Assembly: GCF_902713615.1 (NCBI RefSeq)
Contig: NC_052156.1
Location: forward strand, 29,167,287-29,231,286
Length of the DNA: 64,000 nucleotides
Source: Scyliorhinus canicula
Lineage: Eukaryota
Direction: 5' to 3'
A program made the position numbers and the translations under genes. The notes beneath the pieces are model-generated. The model did not search any database, was not told the DNA's origin, and saw nothing but the letters and a program-made list of their open reading frames with translations. Numbering within the stretch: the stretch's first letter is position 1; every line of letters begins with the position of its first letter. Of this stretch, positions 32,880 to 47,095 are shown in pieces.

Positions 32880-35800
32880 TTTTTTATAAATGTTTTTTAT
32901 TGAGTTTTTGAACAAAGTATATTTGCCGTTATGTACAGAGGGGCAGCACGGTAGCATTGTGGATAGCACAACTGCTTCACAGTTCCTGGGTCCCAGGTTC
33001 GATTCCGGCTTGGGTCGCTGTCTGTGCAGAGTCTGCACGTTCTCCCCGTGTGTGCGTGGGTTTCCTCTGGGTGCTCCGGTTTCCTCCCACAGTCCAAAGA
33101 TGTGCAGGTTAGGTGGATTGGCCATGATAAATTGCCCTTAGTGTTGGGTGGGGTTACTGGGTTATGGGGATAGGGTGGTGGTGTTGACCTTGGGTAGGGT
33201 GCTCTTTCCAAGAGCCGGTGCAGACTCGATGGGCTGAATGGCCTCGTTCTGCACTGCAAATTCAATATGATATATGTATATATAGAAGAGAGAGAGAGAG
33301 AAGGGCACACACAAACATATCACAAAAAAAAAGTAATAATAAGAAATATAAAATCAAATCAAGTAACTGATAAGGTATTATACACCAATTCAAAAGCAGC
33401 AACTCTGTACACTTGGCAAAATTATTTACAACACACCAGCAGGCATCTGTTTGGGGGGCGGGTGTATACATTTGGGTGCCGGAGAAACAATTACAGAGGG
33501 CAACACTCGAATGGGTCTGGTGTTGGTGTTGTCACTTGCTTCTCACGGACGGATTTCGCTGCCGTTGTCGTCTCGCGCTCACCTCCGCTTCAGCCGTTCC
33601 TCCCGTATTCTCCTTTTTCTCTGTTCCTGTGTTTGCCAAGTTTGTTATCGTTTCCCTGCCTCCCCACCTACCTGGTTCTCCTCTATTGTTCCCCCCCCTT
33701 CTATCTCTCATGCTTTGGCTACTTTCCCCTGATTCTTGGCTACCTGGCTATTCTTCTGCTTGTTCGTTGGCCACAAACAGGCCCCGAAACAATTGGGTGA
33801 ATGGCTCCCACGTTCTGTGAAAGCCGTCATCTGACCCTCGGATGGCAAATTTGATTTTCTCCATTTGGAGAGATTCCGAGAGGTCGGATAGCCAGTCTGC
33901 AGCTTTGGGTGGTGCTGCTGACCACCAGTCGAACAGGATTCTGCGGCGGGCAATCAGGGAGGCAAAGGCAAGGGTGCCCGCCCTCCTCCCCTGGAATAGA
34001 TTTGGCTGGTCTGAAACCCCGAAGACCGCCACTTTTTGGGCATGGCTCCACCCTCACCCCCACCACTTTGGACATTGTCTCGAAGAAGGCTATCCAGTAC
34101 CCCGCAAGTCTAGGGCAAGACCAGAACATGTGGGTGTAGTTGGCCGGGCCTCCTTGACACTGTTCACATCTATCCTCCACCTCCGGGGAGAACCTACTCG
34201 TACGGGTTCTTGTTAAGTCGGCTTTATGTACCACTTTTAGTTGCATCAGGCTGGGCCTTGCGCAAGTGGAGGTGGAGTTGACCCTATGCAGTGCTTCGCT
34301 CCAGAGTCCCCACCCTATTTCAATCCCCAGGCCCTCCTCCCATTTCTTTCTTGTTCCCTCCAGTACGGTGTCGGCCCTTTCTACCAGTCAGTCATACACG
34401 GCGCTACAGTTTCCTTTATCTAGGATGCTTGCGCCCGGTAACTCTTCCAGTAATGTCTGTCGTGGCGGTTGTGGATATGTCTCTGTCTCCTTTTGTAGGA
34501 AGTTTTTGAGTTGCAGGTACCTTAGCTCATTCCCCCTGACTAGCTGGAATTTTTCCGTCAGTTCGTCCAGTGTTGCGATCCTGCCGTCCGTGTATAGGTC
34601 CCTGACTCAGTGTCCCTCCATCCTGTCCCCACCTTTTGAAAGTGGTGTCAAGTCAGTGCTGGTGTGAACCTATGGTTGCTGCAGATGGGATCTTTGTCCG
34701 ACATTTTAGTCAGGCCAAATTGCTGCCGTAGTTGGTTCCAGGACTGGAGGGTAGCTATCACCACCAGGCTGCTGGGGTGTTTTTTGAGTGGGGATAGGAG
34801 TGCTGACCTCCGGAGGGAGGTCCCCATGCAGGAGGCCTCTTCCGTGCGCACCCATTCGGCTTCTGGCTCCTTGATCCATCCCCTTATTCGCTCGGCCGTC
34901 GCCGCCCAGTGGTAGAATTGTAGGTTTGGGAGGGCTAGACCCCCCCCGGATTTTGTTTTTGTAGGATCTTCTTCGGGATCCTAGCATTCTTCCCCCCCAC
35001 CCCCATACGAACACCATGATTAGTTTGCCCAGCGCTTTGAAAAAGGCCTTGGGGATGTAGATCGGGATGGATCTAAGTAGGAAGAGGGCAGCACGTTCAT
35101 TTTGATCGTCTGGACTCTCCCCACGAGGGAGAGTGGGAGTGTGTTCCATCTTTGCAGGTCCTTTTTTATTTCCTCTGTCAGACTGGTGAGGTTCCATTTG
35201 TGGATCCCTTTCCAGTCATGGGCCATTTGGATCCCCATGAATTTGTATCGGGCTTGTTTAAACGGCAGTCCCGTTAGTGCTGCCCCCCTACTTGCGGGTG
35301 TACTGGGAAGATCTCGCTTTTGCTCATGTTGAGTTTGTAGCCCGAGAAGGCGCCAAGCTCTTTCAGGAGCACGATGATTCCGTCCATGCTGTTTTGTGGG
35401 TCCGGAATGTAGAGGAGCAGGTCATCTGCATAGAGTGAGACTCTGTGCTCTCTGCCACCCCTTTGGATCCCCCTCCAGCTTTTTGCTGCTCTGAGCGCAA
35501 TTGCTAGTGGCTCGATCGCTAGAGCAAACAGCAGCGGGGACAGTGGGCATCCTTGTCTGGTGCACCTATGCAACTGGAAGTATCGGGAGTTGGTGTTGGT
35601 TGCCCGTACGCTCACCATGGGTGCGCTATATAGGAGTTTTACCCAGGAGGTGAATCCTGTTCCAAGCCCGAACCACTCCAGTACCTCTATGAGGTATTTC
35701 CATTTGACTCTGTCGAAGGCCTTTTCTGCGTCTAGGTAGACGATCATCTCTGGTGTTCTCTCCCCGGACGGGATCATTATCACGTTCAGCAGGCACCTGA

Positions 35801-36605
35801 TGTTTGAAGTAAGCTGTCTACCTTTGACAAAGCCCGTCTGGTCCTCTGCGACCACCTCAGGTACACAGTCTTCTAGCCTTTTGACTAGAATTTTGGCATC
35901 TGCATTCAGCAGTGAGATGGGTATGTTTGACCCACATTCCGTTGGATCTTTATTTTTCTTAGATATCAGCGAGATTGAGGCCTGTGCTAGCGTGGGTGGC
36001 AGAGTGCCACGAGCCAGCAAGTCTCTCGCAGGTGACCATCTCTTGCAGGTACGGGGCCAGTGCTGTCGCAAATTTTTTGTAGAAGTCCGCCGGGAGCCCG
36101 TCTAGTCCCGGCGCCTTCCCTGCTTGCATGGAGCTAATGCTGTCCATGATCTCTCTCAGTACTAGTGGTGCTTCCAGGCCCCGTTTTCTGCCCTCCCCCA
36201 CGACTGGTATGTCCAGTTCATCAAGCAACCATTTCATCCCGGACTCCCACCTTGGGGGCTCTGAGGTGTACAGCCCTTGGTAAAAGGCCCTGAAGGCTTT
36301 GTTGATCTTTTCTGGTTCTGTTTCTAATGTGCCTCTGGTATCCCTGATTTGTGCAATTTCTCTGGTGGCTGCCTGCTTTCTCAGCTGGTGTGCCAACAGG
36401 CAGCTGGCTTTGTCTCCGTGTTCGTACAGGGTCCCAAGTGCCAGGAGCTCTACGGTCGGGGCCTCAGAGTATTTACGGTCTATCTCCAGTATGGAGTCGA
36501 CCAGTTGCTGCTCAGCCGCCCTTTCCTCCCTATCCCTTCGCGCTTTGAAAGCGATGATTTCCCCTCTTAGTACGGCCTTAGAACATGGAGGGTGAGACCT
36601 CCTCT
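32880..36605 (-). mobile_element. 5'-truncated L1/Tx1-clade LINE
   Basis: RT QGCPLSPLLF and YADDLLLY; C-terminal CEQC..HMFWSC; 3' UTR with AATAAA and A-rich end; SINE nested at 32940-33268. Confidence 0.92.
32940..33268 (+). mobile_element. Full-length HE1-like V-SINE
   Basis: A/B boxes, V-domain, CR1-type tail. Confidence 0.9.
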
Positions 36606-36699
36606 CCGACCCAGGGCACAGGTTTAAAGTTGGCTGTCAGTGGCATGCGCAGCTGCATGGTTGCCTTGCAAGCTGCAGTAATGGTGTTGCATTCCATAT

Positions 36700-37000
36700 A
36701 ATAATATTTATTGTCACAAGTAGGCTTACATTAACACTGCAATGAAGTTACTGTGAAAAGCCCGTAGTTGTCACATTCCGTCGCCTGTTCGGGTACACAG
36801 AGGGAGAATTCAGAATGTCCAATTCACCCAACAGCACATCTTTCAGGACTTGTGGGAGGAAACCGGAGCATCCGGAAGAAACCCACGCAGATACGGGGAG
36901 AACGTGCAGACTCCGCACAGACAGTGACCCAAGCCGGGAATCGAACCTGGGACCCTGGCACTGTGAGCAACAGTGCTGCTACCCACTGTGCTACGATGCT
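36700..37000 (-). mobile_element. V-SINE variant
   Basis: As 17135-17391. Confidence 0.85.
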
Positions 37001-37519
37001 GCACTCCCCCCCCCCCCACCCCCATAGCACTCCTCCTGGCCACACCCCACTACTCCCCCCAGCCCTGGGAGAAGACCCCCAGGCCAACGGCACGACTGTC
37101 GGCGAAGTATGGCGGTGCTGGACTATGTCTGTACATCCTCTCTATCTCAGCAGCCACCACACCAGGTGCACGATTTGTGAGAGCACACGTGGACCGCGCT
37201 GTTGTGAACTCGACCCGTCGGAGGCGGAGACTGCGGGTAGGCCCACTAATGATATGCAAATGGTGTTGCAACTACGCGTGGCGTGTGTCGCTTTGAAGCC
37301 GTTTTGAGGGAGGCGGAGCATCGTGATTCAGTGTTGGGAGCTATTTTCTGCCCGATCGCACGCCCCGATTTTGGCGTTGGTTAACGGAGAATCCGTCCAT
37401 GGTTTTGACATATGCAGTAAGTGAAAGGAGGGACCATGGTGTCACACATTCTGCTCATCATAAAGAGGAGACATATACAAAATGGATGCGATTCTATTTA
37501 CATGGTTGACAATTATATA

Positions 37520-40500
37520 CATGTGGTTCTTGGGCACTCCCTCAGGGTCGAGGATAACTTGCTTCCACTCCAGGGGAGGTGGGTTCAGCTTGGCTGAATA
37601 CTCCAATCCTGGAACCACAGACTCTGCCACTGGTTTGGCAGGTGGTGTTTGATGAGGTGTGTGGGTGGGCCCTCTGGTTTCTGCACTCTCCGCTGTTTAC
37701 GCTTGGCCTCTCTGTGACACGCGAGATGATTGGCGCCTTCGTGGATGTTTTTTCTGTAGTTTCTGTAAGAGAATTCCCACGTGTCGGTGAGGATGTTGCA
37801 CTTATATAGGGAGGCTTTCAGAGTGTCCTTAACGCGTTTCCTCTGTCCCCCTCGTAATCACTGGCCATTGCAGAGCTCAAAGGAGAGCACTTGTTTTGGG
37901 AGTCTTGTGTTGGGAATTTGGAGCCTTGGTTCAATGGGTGTCTCCTCACGGGGCTATATTAGTGTCTTCTGTTTATTTTTCGTTTCGTATTACTATTTAC
38001 TCACTGGGGCTGGAGAGGTAGCTTAATTGGTTGATTCGTGTGGTGAGAAGGGTCCGGACAATGAGGCGACAGTCTGATCGGCACCAGGGGCGGGAGCTGC
38101 CGGGGTCAGCTGACTCTCGGGAGCGTAGTGGGGGGTGAGCAAGTGCTCAGTTGGTGCTTGGCTGGGGGTCTTGGGTCATGGGGCTGTTGGGGGGGGGGGG
38201 GGGGGGGGATGCTGCTTTGCTTACAGAGGAGGTATCAATTTCGGGGCACCAATCGAGGGTCGGGGGCTCAAGGAAGCGAAGGCCGCAGGCTCGAGGTTGG
38301 CCAAAAAAAGGCGATGGCTAGTCGGGGGGGGGGGGGGGGGGGGGGGGGGGGACCCCCCCTTCCCGGCTGATCACGTGGAATGTGAGGGGTTTGAATGGGG
38401 TCAAAAGAGCGCGCGTGTTTGCGCATTTAAAGGGGTTAAAGGCAGGTGTAGCAATGCTTCAGGAGACACCTTTAAAGCTTGCAGATCACACGAGATTTGG
38501 AAATGGATGGGTAGGCCAGGTGTTCCATTCAGGGCTGGATTCGAAGACCAGGGGGGTAGCAATTCTGATCAGTAAAGGTGTGGCATTCAAGGCTGGGAGA
38601 ATTGTGGCAGATAACGGGGACAGGTATATAATGGTGAGTGGAAAGTTGGAGTGGGCCCGGGCAGTGTTTGTGAACGTCTACGCTCCGAATTGGGATGATG
38701 TGGAATTAACGAGACGCATGCTAGGCAAAATCCCGGACTTAGAGTCACACAACCTGATCATGGAGGGAGACTTTAACAGTCATTGACCCCGAGCTGGACC
38801 GGTCGAAGTCCAGGACAGGGAAGCGACTGGCAGCGGCTAAGGAACTGAAGGGTTTTATGGAGCAGATCGGGGGTGGGGATCCATGGAGGCTCGCGCGGCC
38901 GAGAGCGAAAGAGTTCTCTTTTTTCTCCCACGTTCATAAGGTTTATTCCCGCATAGACTTCTTTGTCTTGAGCAGGGCGTTAATCCCAAAAGTGGCGGGA
39001 ACGGAATACTCAGCAATCACAGTCTCGGACTGTGCTCCGCACTGGGTGGACCTGCGGCTTAGTGAGGAGAGAGGGCAGTGCCCATTCTGGAGACTGGATG
39101 TAGGGCTGCTGGCGGACGAAGAGTTTGCGGGCGGATTAGCAGGAACATCCAGGATTACCTGGAAACAAACGATACGGGTGAGGTAGCAGCAGCAACGGTC
39201 TGGGAGGCTCTGAAGGCAGTTGTCAGAGGGGAGCTCATCTGAATTCGATCCCATAGGGAAAGAGAAAAAGAGCAGAGAGGGAGACTGGTGGAGGAGATAC
39301 TCCGAGTGGACAGGAGATATGCGGAGGCCCCTGAGGCGGGGCTACTGAGGGAGCGACGGAGTCTGCAGGCGGAGTTTGAACTGCTGACCACAGGGAAAGC
39401 GGTAGCACAGCTGAGGAAGGCAAGGGGGGCAGTCTGAGTACGGGGAGAAAACGAGTAGAATGCTGGCACACCAACTGCGAAAGAGGGAGGCGGCCAGGAA
39501 AATTGGGGAAGTAAAGAATAAGGAGGAAACATGGTCCTGGATCAGGTTGGGGGGGGGGAGCGGAAGGGATGAGGCAATTTTTGGACCAGTTGAGGTTCCC
39601 AAAGATGGAAGAGGACCTGGTGGAGGGGCTGGGGGCCCCAATTGAATTGGAGGAGATTGTCAAAGGTATAGAGGGCATGCAATCGGGTAAAGCCCTGGGC
39701 CGGACGGGTACCAGGTAGAACTCTATAAGAAATTTTCGGAAATATTGAACCCACACCTGATGAGGATCTCCAATGAGGGTAGAGAGAAAGGAACCCTCCC
39801 CCCAACAATGTCACAGGCCTTGATCTCACTCATTCTTAAACAAGGGAAGGACCCGGAACAATGCGGGTCATACAGACCGATTGCAAGTGTATAAACCACT
39901 GAGGTCGGGGTACTTCGAGCTTCACCGGGGAACGAGGCAGGGGTGTCCCCTCTCCCCGTTACTATTTGCCCTAGCTATAGAACCGTTACTATGGCGCTGA
40001 GAGCCTCGAGGAACTGGCGGGGGTGACATCCGGTCTCACTATACGCTGATGATTAGCTCCTGTACATTTTGGACCCTGTGGAGGGGATGGGGGAGGTTCT
40101 GCGGATCCTGAGGGATTTTGGTAGTTTTTCAGGGTACAAACTGAACATGGGAAAGAGCGAGTTGTTTGTGATCCTGGCCAAGGGGCAGGAGGAGAGACTG
40201 AAAGAGCTGCCGCTCAGGATGGTAGAGAAAAGTTTTCGTTACCTGGCTATACAGGTGGTCAGGAAATGGGATGCTCGGCATGGGCTCAACCTGACCCGGT
40301 TGGTGGAGCAAATGGAAGGGGACTTTAAAAGGTGGGATATGCTCCTGCTGTCACTGGCAGGGAGGGTGCAGAGCGTGAAAGTGACCGTCCCCACAGATTT
40401 TTGTTTGTCTTTCAGTGCCTCTCCATCTTAATCCCGAAGGCCTTTTTAAAGCTGGTGAGTAGGATCATTTTGGGCTTTATGTGGGCGAATAAGACCCTGC

Positions 40501-42130
40501 GAGTAAGATCACTGTTGGAGCGCAGTCGGAGGGCCGGGGTTGTGGGGGGGGGGGGGGGGGGGGGGTTGGCGCTGGGCGGCCAATATAGCTATGATTAGGA
40601 AGTGGGCGATGGGGGGCGGGGGGGCGTAGGAGCAGCTGGAAGCAGAGTCATGTGAAGGTACTAGTCTGAGAGCTTTGATAACGGCTCCTTTGCCGTTCTC
40701 GTCGACCCGTTACTCCACAAGTCCGGTGGTGGTGGTGACACTGAGGATCTGGGGACAGTGGAGGTGGTACAAGAAGGTGGAGGGAGCGTCGGTCTGGACC
40801 CCGATATGTAACAACCACAGGTTTGTCCCGGGTAGGATGGATGGTGTGTTCCAGAGCTGGCAGAGGGCAGGCATCAGAAGGATGGGAGATCTGTTCATAG
40901 ACGGAAGCTTTCCCAGTTTGAAGGCGCTAGAGGACAAATTTAATCTGCCGTCAGGAAATGCCTTTAAATATCTGCGAGTACGAGCCTTCCTGAAATAAAC
41001 CGGTAGTGGCCTTTCCGACGCTGCCGCTACTGAGGATACAGGACAGGGTGGTCTCTGGCACCTGGGTGGGGGAGGGGAAAGTGTCGGATATCTACCAGGA
41101 ACTACAGGAGGCGGAGGAAACCCCGGTGGAGGAGCTCAAGGGAAAGTGGGAGGAAGAGCTAGGTGAGGAGCTGGAAGCGGGACTGTGGGCAGAGGTCCTG
41201 GAGAGGGTTAATTCCTCCTCATCATGTGCCAGGCTCAGTCTAATTCAATTTAAGGTGGTCCACCGGCACACATGACGGCGGCGAGAAAGAGCAAGTTTTT
41301 TGGGGTAGAAGACAGTTGTTTGAGGTGCAAGGGCAGCCCTGCAAACCATGTCCACATGTTTTGGGCATGTCCGGAGCTTCGAGAGTTCTGGCAAAGGTTC
41401 GCGAGGGCAATGTCCAAGGTGCTTAACACACAAGTCCATGGATAGCGATCTTTGGAGTGTCAGAAGACCCAGGAGTTCAGGGAGTGAAAGAGGCCGACGT
41501 CTTGGCCTTTGCCTCCCTAGTAGCCCGGAGACGGATTTTATTAATGTGGAGGGACTCGAGGTCCCCGAGTATAGAGACTTGGGTTAATGACATGGCTGGG
41601 TTTCTCAGCCTCGAGAAAATAAAGTTTGCCTTAAGAGGGTCTATGCTAGGGTTCTCTTGGAGGTGGCAGCCGTTCGTCGACTTTCTCGGGGTAAATTAAA
41701 ATGTCAGCAGCAATCTGTGGGGGGGGTGAGTGCTTCATTGGGATGGTGTGGGAAGATTGAGTCACGTGGGGTAATGTCTATTTAATTGTTATTGTATATT
41801 CTCTTTTGAGAATGTTCACTCTATTTTGTTATTACTGTTTTATTATGAAAAATTCTGCAAAACCTAATAAAAATATTTTTTAAAAAAAAGAGATGGTGGT
41901 GAGTAGCATATTGCGGGATGGTGTTGAGAGCACTTGCATCGAAGGCTATGTTTTGGTTGAGGAGGTCTTCAAAGTGCTCTCTCCACTGGGCATTGACTGC
42001 CTCTCTCTCTGTCGAGTGCTTCTCCATTTTTGGCTCAGTGGGGTGGGTTCCTGGGTACTCGGACTGTAGATGATTTTAATTGCGCTGAAGATGCCGTGTG
42101 CCTTGTATATTGCAAATTTCACTTGCCAAC
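37520..42130 (-). mobile_element. RTE-clade LINE remnant split by the L1 at 37925-41890
   Basis: QWREHFEDLLN (41890-42027) and RGGQRKRVKDTLKASL (~37800-37855). Confidence 0.7.
37925..41890 (+). mobile_element. L1/Tx1-clade LINE ORF2, degenerate
   Basis: LITWNVRGLN..LQET endonuclease start, YSRIDFF, RT fragments, C-terminal zinc knuckle, AATAAA plus A-tail at 41866-41889. Confidence 0.92.
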
Positions 42131-42144
42131 TGTTTTACGTCCAA

Positions 42145-42265
42145 AAACGAGGGTTATCTGGACTCAAAACGTTTGCTCTCGCTACAGATGCTGCCAGACC
42201 TGCTGAGATTTTCCAGCATTTTCTTTTTGGTTTCAGAATCCAGCATCCGCAGTAATTTGCTTTCA
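42145..42265 (+). mobile_element. Penelope-like terminal repeat fragment
   Basis: Same family as 19494-19639. Confidence 0.65.
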
Positions 42266-43262
42266 AACAGTTTTACATCCCTGACACTGAAATCATTGGT
42301 TTTGTCCAATTGGACATTTCCAACTCGAACCCGAGATTAACTTTGGGCTCCAAAGGTCCAAAAGGCTGCTTAATCAATCTGAGGATTTCACATCCATGTA
42401 CCATCCCACCTATCGAAACACATCCGCTGATCTGGTAGCGCTGTATTAATACTGAATTCAGCTTGAAAGAAATATGATAAATCTTATTCCCCATGTCAAC
42501 ATACAAATTCAAAATAAATGTCCGAAATCAGACAATACACTCGTTTACTGTACGTCGGCGGTGCACATTTGTCAGGCATCATCTCATTTTGAAATTGATT
42601 GAGTAAAGTATTTCAATGCACACGGGAAAATATAATGGGCAGGATTCTCCGGCTGCACCTGCCCGGCGACCTCAAATTCCTGTCTGTGGGTGTTCTTGTG
42701 GCGGCGGGGCGGAAGTAACAGGCCCAATGAGTTGGATTGGGAGATAACGGTGACACTCGTCAAACTCTGAAGTCACAGCCGACCTGTATGGCGGGAAATT
42801 CGAGACTCAGGCTGCACCCACTGACCAGGCAAGCTGCAGTACTACTGTTATAGTCACAATCTAAATGGGATTCATTCTCATTTAAAAATACACCTCTCCC
42901 CCAATTCTTACCTTTTCTTTCATAAAGTGCATGCAACTTGAACTGCATCAGGCAGTACTAGATAATTGAGACAATCTGAATTCTCGGTGTACCTGAACAG
43001 ACACCAGAGTGTGGCAACTAGGAGCTTTTCACAGTAACTTCATTTGCAGTGTTAATGTAAGCCTACTTGTGACAGTAAAGATTATTATTATAAGCGTTCC
43101 TCCACGTCAAAAGACCTCATGCTGGCTATCATTATTGAGATGTCCCCATTGTAATACCGCCTTCTACAAAACGCACGCTCTAAACAGAACAGAACCAGAT
43201 CTATATGTAATGCTGTCTTGATCCCACTGCCATTCCAAATATTAAATTTCATAATGAAACAT

Positions 43263-43444
43263 GGGCTGGAATTCTCTGGTCATCAGGATTCTCTTTTCCC
43301 GCTGGCAGCACAACCCCACTGGTAGGTTTCCCGGCATCAATGGGAAATCCCATTGACAAGCGGCGGGAAGACAGAATCCCGCCGCTAGCGAACTGCTCGC
43401 TGCCGAGAAACACACGGCTTGCTGGGAACCGGATCTTCCAGCCC
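43263..43444. mobile_element. MITE with GGGCTGGAA..TTCCAGCCC terminal inverted repeats
   Basis: TIRs visible directly; related GGGC(G/A)GGATTCTC ends at 32853, 42637, 52389 and the reverse complement at ~37385-37397 and 58960-58974. Confidence 0.7.
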
Positions 43445-43699
43445 ATTGTATTTGTGTATTAGCTAGGTATTAAATTTAACCTTACAAATATGCACTTTCT
43501 TTTGTGAAAAGGATCAGTTTAGGGTAGCAAAAATTTACCCAGAGAGAAAATGGAAAAAAAGGTCAGGTGACCTTTGGGGATCATTTTTGGCGACCCATTT
43601 TTTAACAGCCGCGACCGACCTGTGGGTCGTAACCATCACTTTGAAAAACACTGCGCTGGACGGCACCAGGCAGTTTTGGTCTCCAACTGTGGGGCAAGT

Positions 43700-46600
43700 G
43701 TGCCTCCCTTGGCATGTGCAGCTGGAAGTGATGGGGCCACAAGCAGGGGGGATTGGGGTCTGCTGGACACTCCCCGAGTTACCTGCTTGGGTGGCACTCG
43801 AAATGTCCTGCTGCTGGTCTCCCTCTCTATGGGTGCCTGGTTCCTGGCTGACTCCTTAAGAGACAGCTGGGGTGACATACAGTTGACTCGACCTCCTCTT
43901 GCCACCAATGGATCCCACCAATGCCTTCATTGATAAAGTGCAGCTCCTGACGCAGTGAAAGTACTATGTCCAGGACCAAGGTCTCCATGGTGGCCACTAT
44001 CCTACCAGTGTTGAGGTCTGTGTGTTGGCATGCTGGCACTATTACTTCAGACTGAACACGGATTGACTCCCCTATCGTATATTGCAATCTGTGGAAAGCA
44101 GCTGACAACCCTTCCTGACACTGGTTGAAGCTCCCCCAACTGATTTAGAACCGAGCCTGGAGGCTTGTCATCAGACTTGGACTCAGTAGAATCGTGGCCT
44201 CCAGCAATCCTCCGAGTGCCAGAGACCACAGATATCCTTGCCTCTGCATGCTGTGGACCAAATTGTGTGCTGTACACACCCGATTGTGAATGTGAGGTTA
44301 TTCTAGAACTAAGTCCAGCAGTATGTCTCTGTGCTGGTAGTGTGGGTGAGCACTGTGACAGATCTTCAACAGTGCTCTTCTCTGCTTCCTCATCTGAAGT
44401 GGTGTAAGGCTGGATGTGATGCCTGGCTGATTGATGCCACTGGGCACTTTCCAGAGATGTCTCGGAAAGAAAGTAGAGATAACTTAAGCATGGCAAGCAA
44501 CTGGAAGATAGAATAATAGGCTCACAGTATTGTTATCTGAGGGATGAGCTGGTGCAGGGTTCACACTTGGGTGTGCGCCGCCGATCTCACCATCACCATA
44601 TGCACGACCATCCTTACTGGCTGGTGCAATGGCATGTTCCTCATATGGAGTGAGGGCCTTAATTTCGGTCACTTCACTCCCATTCTGGGACCTCTCCTAT
44701 TGTGCGCGCGCTTGTCCTTAGAACATAGGGGGCTGAGGGGTGACTTGATTGAGGTGTACAAAATTATGAGGGACCTAGATACACAGGGGAGACTTGTCTC
44801 CCCTAGCGGGGAGGTCAATTTCCAGGGAGCACAAATTTAAGGATTGGTTTGGATTTGTTTATTGTCACGTGTACCGAGGTACAGTGAAAAGTATTTTTCT
44901 GCGAGTAGCTCAACAGATCATTAAGTACATGGGAAGAAAAGGGAATAAAAGAAAATACATACTAGGGCAACACAAGATATACAATGTAACTACATAAGCA
45001 CTGGCATCAGATGAAGCATACAGGGTGTAGTGTTAATGAGGTCAGTCCATAAGAGGGTCATTTAGGAGTCTGGTGACAGTGGGGAAGAAGTTGTTTTTGA
45101 GTCTATTTATGCTTGTTCTCAGACTTCTGTATCTCCTGCCCGGTGGAAGAAGTTGGAAGAGTGAGTGAGCCGGGTGGGAGGGATCTTTGATTATGCTGCC
45201 CGCTTTCCCCAGGCAGTGGGAGGTGTAGATGGAGTCAATGGATGGGAGGCAGGTTCGTGTGATGGACTGGCGGTATTCACGACTCTCTGAAGTTTCTTGC
45301 GGTCCTGGGCCGAGCAGTTGCCATACCAGGCTGTGATGCAGCCCGATAGGATGCTTTCTATGGTGCATCTGTAAAAGTTGGTAAGAGTTAATCTGGACAA
45401 GCCAAATTTCCTTAGTTTCCTGAGGAAGTATAGGTGCTGTTATGCTTTCTTGTTGGTAGCGTCAACTTGGATGGACCAGGACAGATTTTTGGAGATGTGC
45501 ACCCCGAGGAATTTGAAACTGCTAACCATCTCCACCTCGGCCCCGTTGATGCTGACAGGGGTGGACAGTACTTTGCTTCCTGAGGTCAATGACCAGTTCT
45601 TTAGTTTTGCTGGCATTGAATGAGAGATTGTTGTCGCTACACCACTCCACTAGGTTCTCTATCTCCCTCCTGTATTCTGACTCGTCGTTATTCGAGATCC
45701 GGCCCACTATGGTCGTATCGTCAGCAAACTTGTAGATGAAGTTGGAACCACGTTTTGCCACGCAGTCGTGTGTGTACAGGGAGTAGAGTAGGGGGCTAAG
45801 TACGCAGCCTTGCGGGGCCCCGGTATTGAGGACTATTGTGGAGGAGGTGTTGTTGTTCGTACTTACTGATTGTGGTCTGTTGGTCAGAAAATCGAGGAAC
45901 CAGTTGCAGAGTGGGGAGTCAAGTCCTAGGTTTTGGAGCTTTGATATGAGCTTGGTTGGGATTATGGTGTTGAAGATGGAGCTGTAGTCAATAAATAGGA
46001 GTCTGATGTAGGAGTCCTTGTTTTCGAGATGCTCCAGGGATGAGTATAGGGCCAGGGAAATGGCGTCTGATGTGGACCGGTTGCAATGGTGATTGGTAGA
46101 AGGATTAATGGGGAAATTAGGAAAACTATTTTTACCCAGAGGGTAGTAAATGTCTGGAATTTGCTGCCTGAATTGTTGGCAGAAACTCACAACTCATGGT
46201 GCCTGGATCTGCATCCGAAATGCTGTGACCTGCAACGCAACAGACCGCGTGCTGGAAGGTGGGATTAGAATGGGCGACAAGTCCCTTTAGCTGGTGCTGG
46301 CACAATGGGGTGAATGGCCTCTTTGTGCTGTAACTTTTCTTTGGTTCTATAAAGACAAATGGAGAGTGTGTGAGCAGGACACACGCCAAGGGCAGATGCC
46401 TGACTTGTGTGCATGGTGAGTGGAGCAGTGCACGGGATGAGGATGCGATCAACACAGGATATGAGGCCAGATGGAGATGTGAACTGTGTGTGAGAGAGTG
46501 AGTAGTGATGTCCCTTGAGCTGGCAGTGTGTGAGATCCCTGTGGAGTGTCATCCTGCGAATGCCTGATGGTCTTATGGATGTGTGAGTGGAGAGTGATGA

Positions 46601-47095
46601 GATTGTTGACTTCCTCTGCCAGAATTGATGAGATCATCCATCTTCCTCATTCACTAGATTGCAGACCTTTTCTGTCTTTATGGTTGCACTGACCTCGGAA
46701 TGGGCCGCCTCAAAAACTGGGTTGGTGGCATTGGTTGACCTCCATTACTGGGTGACAGCACATCCTGTCAGGTGGCCCAGCGAAGTGTCATTAAATTTGG
46801 GAGCAGTACACTTCTTATCTTTCAGAGTCATGTCTTCCCTGGGCTGAAGACATTGAGAAGGTTGTGTGGAGGTGCAGTTTAAATATGGCGCCTGGCAGAA
46901 AGAACCACTGAGGTCACAGTGGGGAAGCCAAATCAGAGGCCACCCACCCTGATCCGACGTGTTTCCTGTTGGTGCTTAATTAACAAGGCAGGAAGTGGAC
47001 AATATGGCGCGTGTTGTCCATTCTGCACAGCAGGAAAATGCCGCTCTTCCCACCCACCACTGTACTTAGAACACAGATGGGAAAATCTCACCCTG
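43700..47095 (-). mobile_element. Degenerate PIF/Harbinger-like DNA transposon with nested LINEs
   Basis: APKF-type Myb/SANT-like remnant near 46650-46830; terminus ggaaaatctcaccc resembles the gggcgggattctcc TIR family. Confidence 0.45.
44845..46087 (-). mobile_element. Rex1/Babar-clade LINE 3' portion nested in a CR1 fragment
   Basis: [48 protein letters not shown]; gattggt duplicated at the borders; CR1 pieces at 44717-44842 and 46088-46345. Confidence 0.85.
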
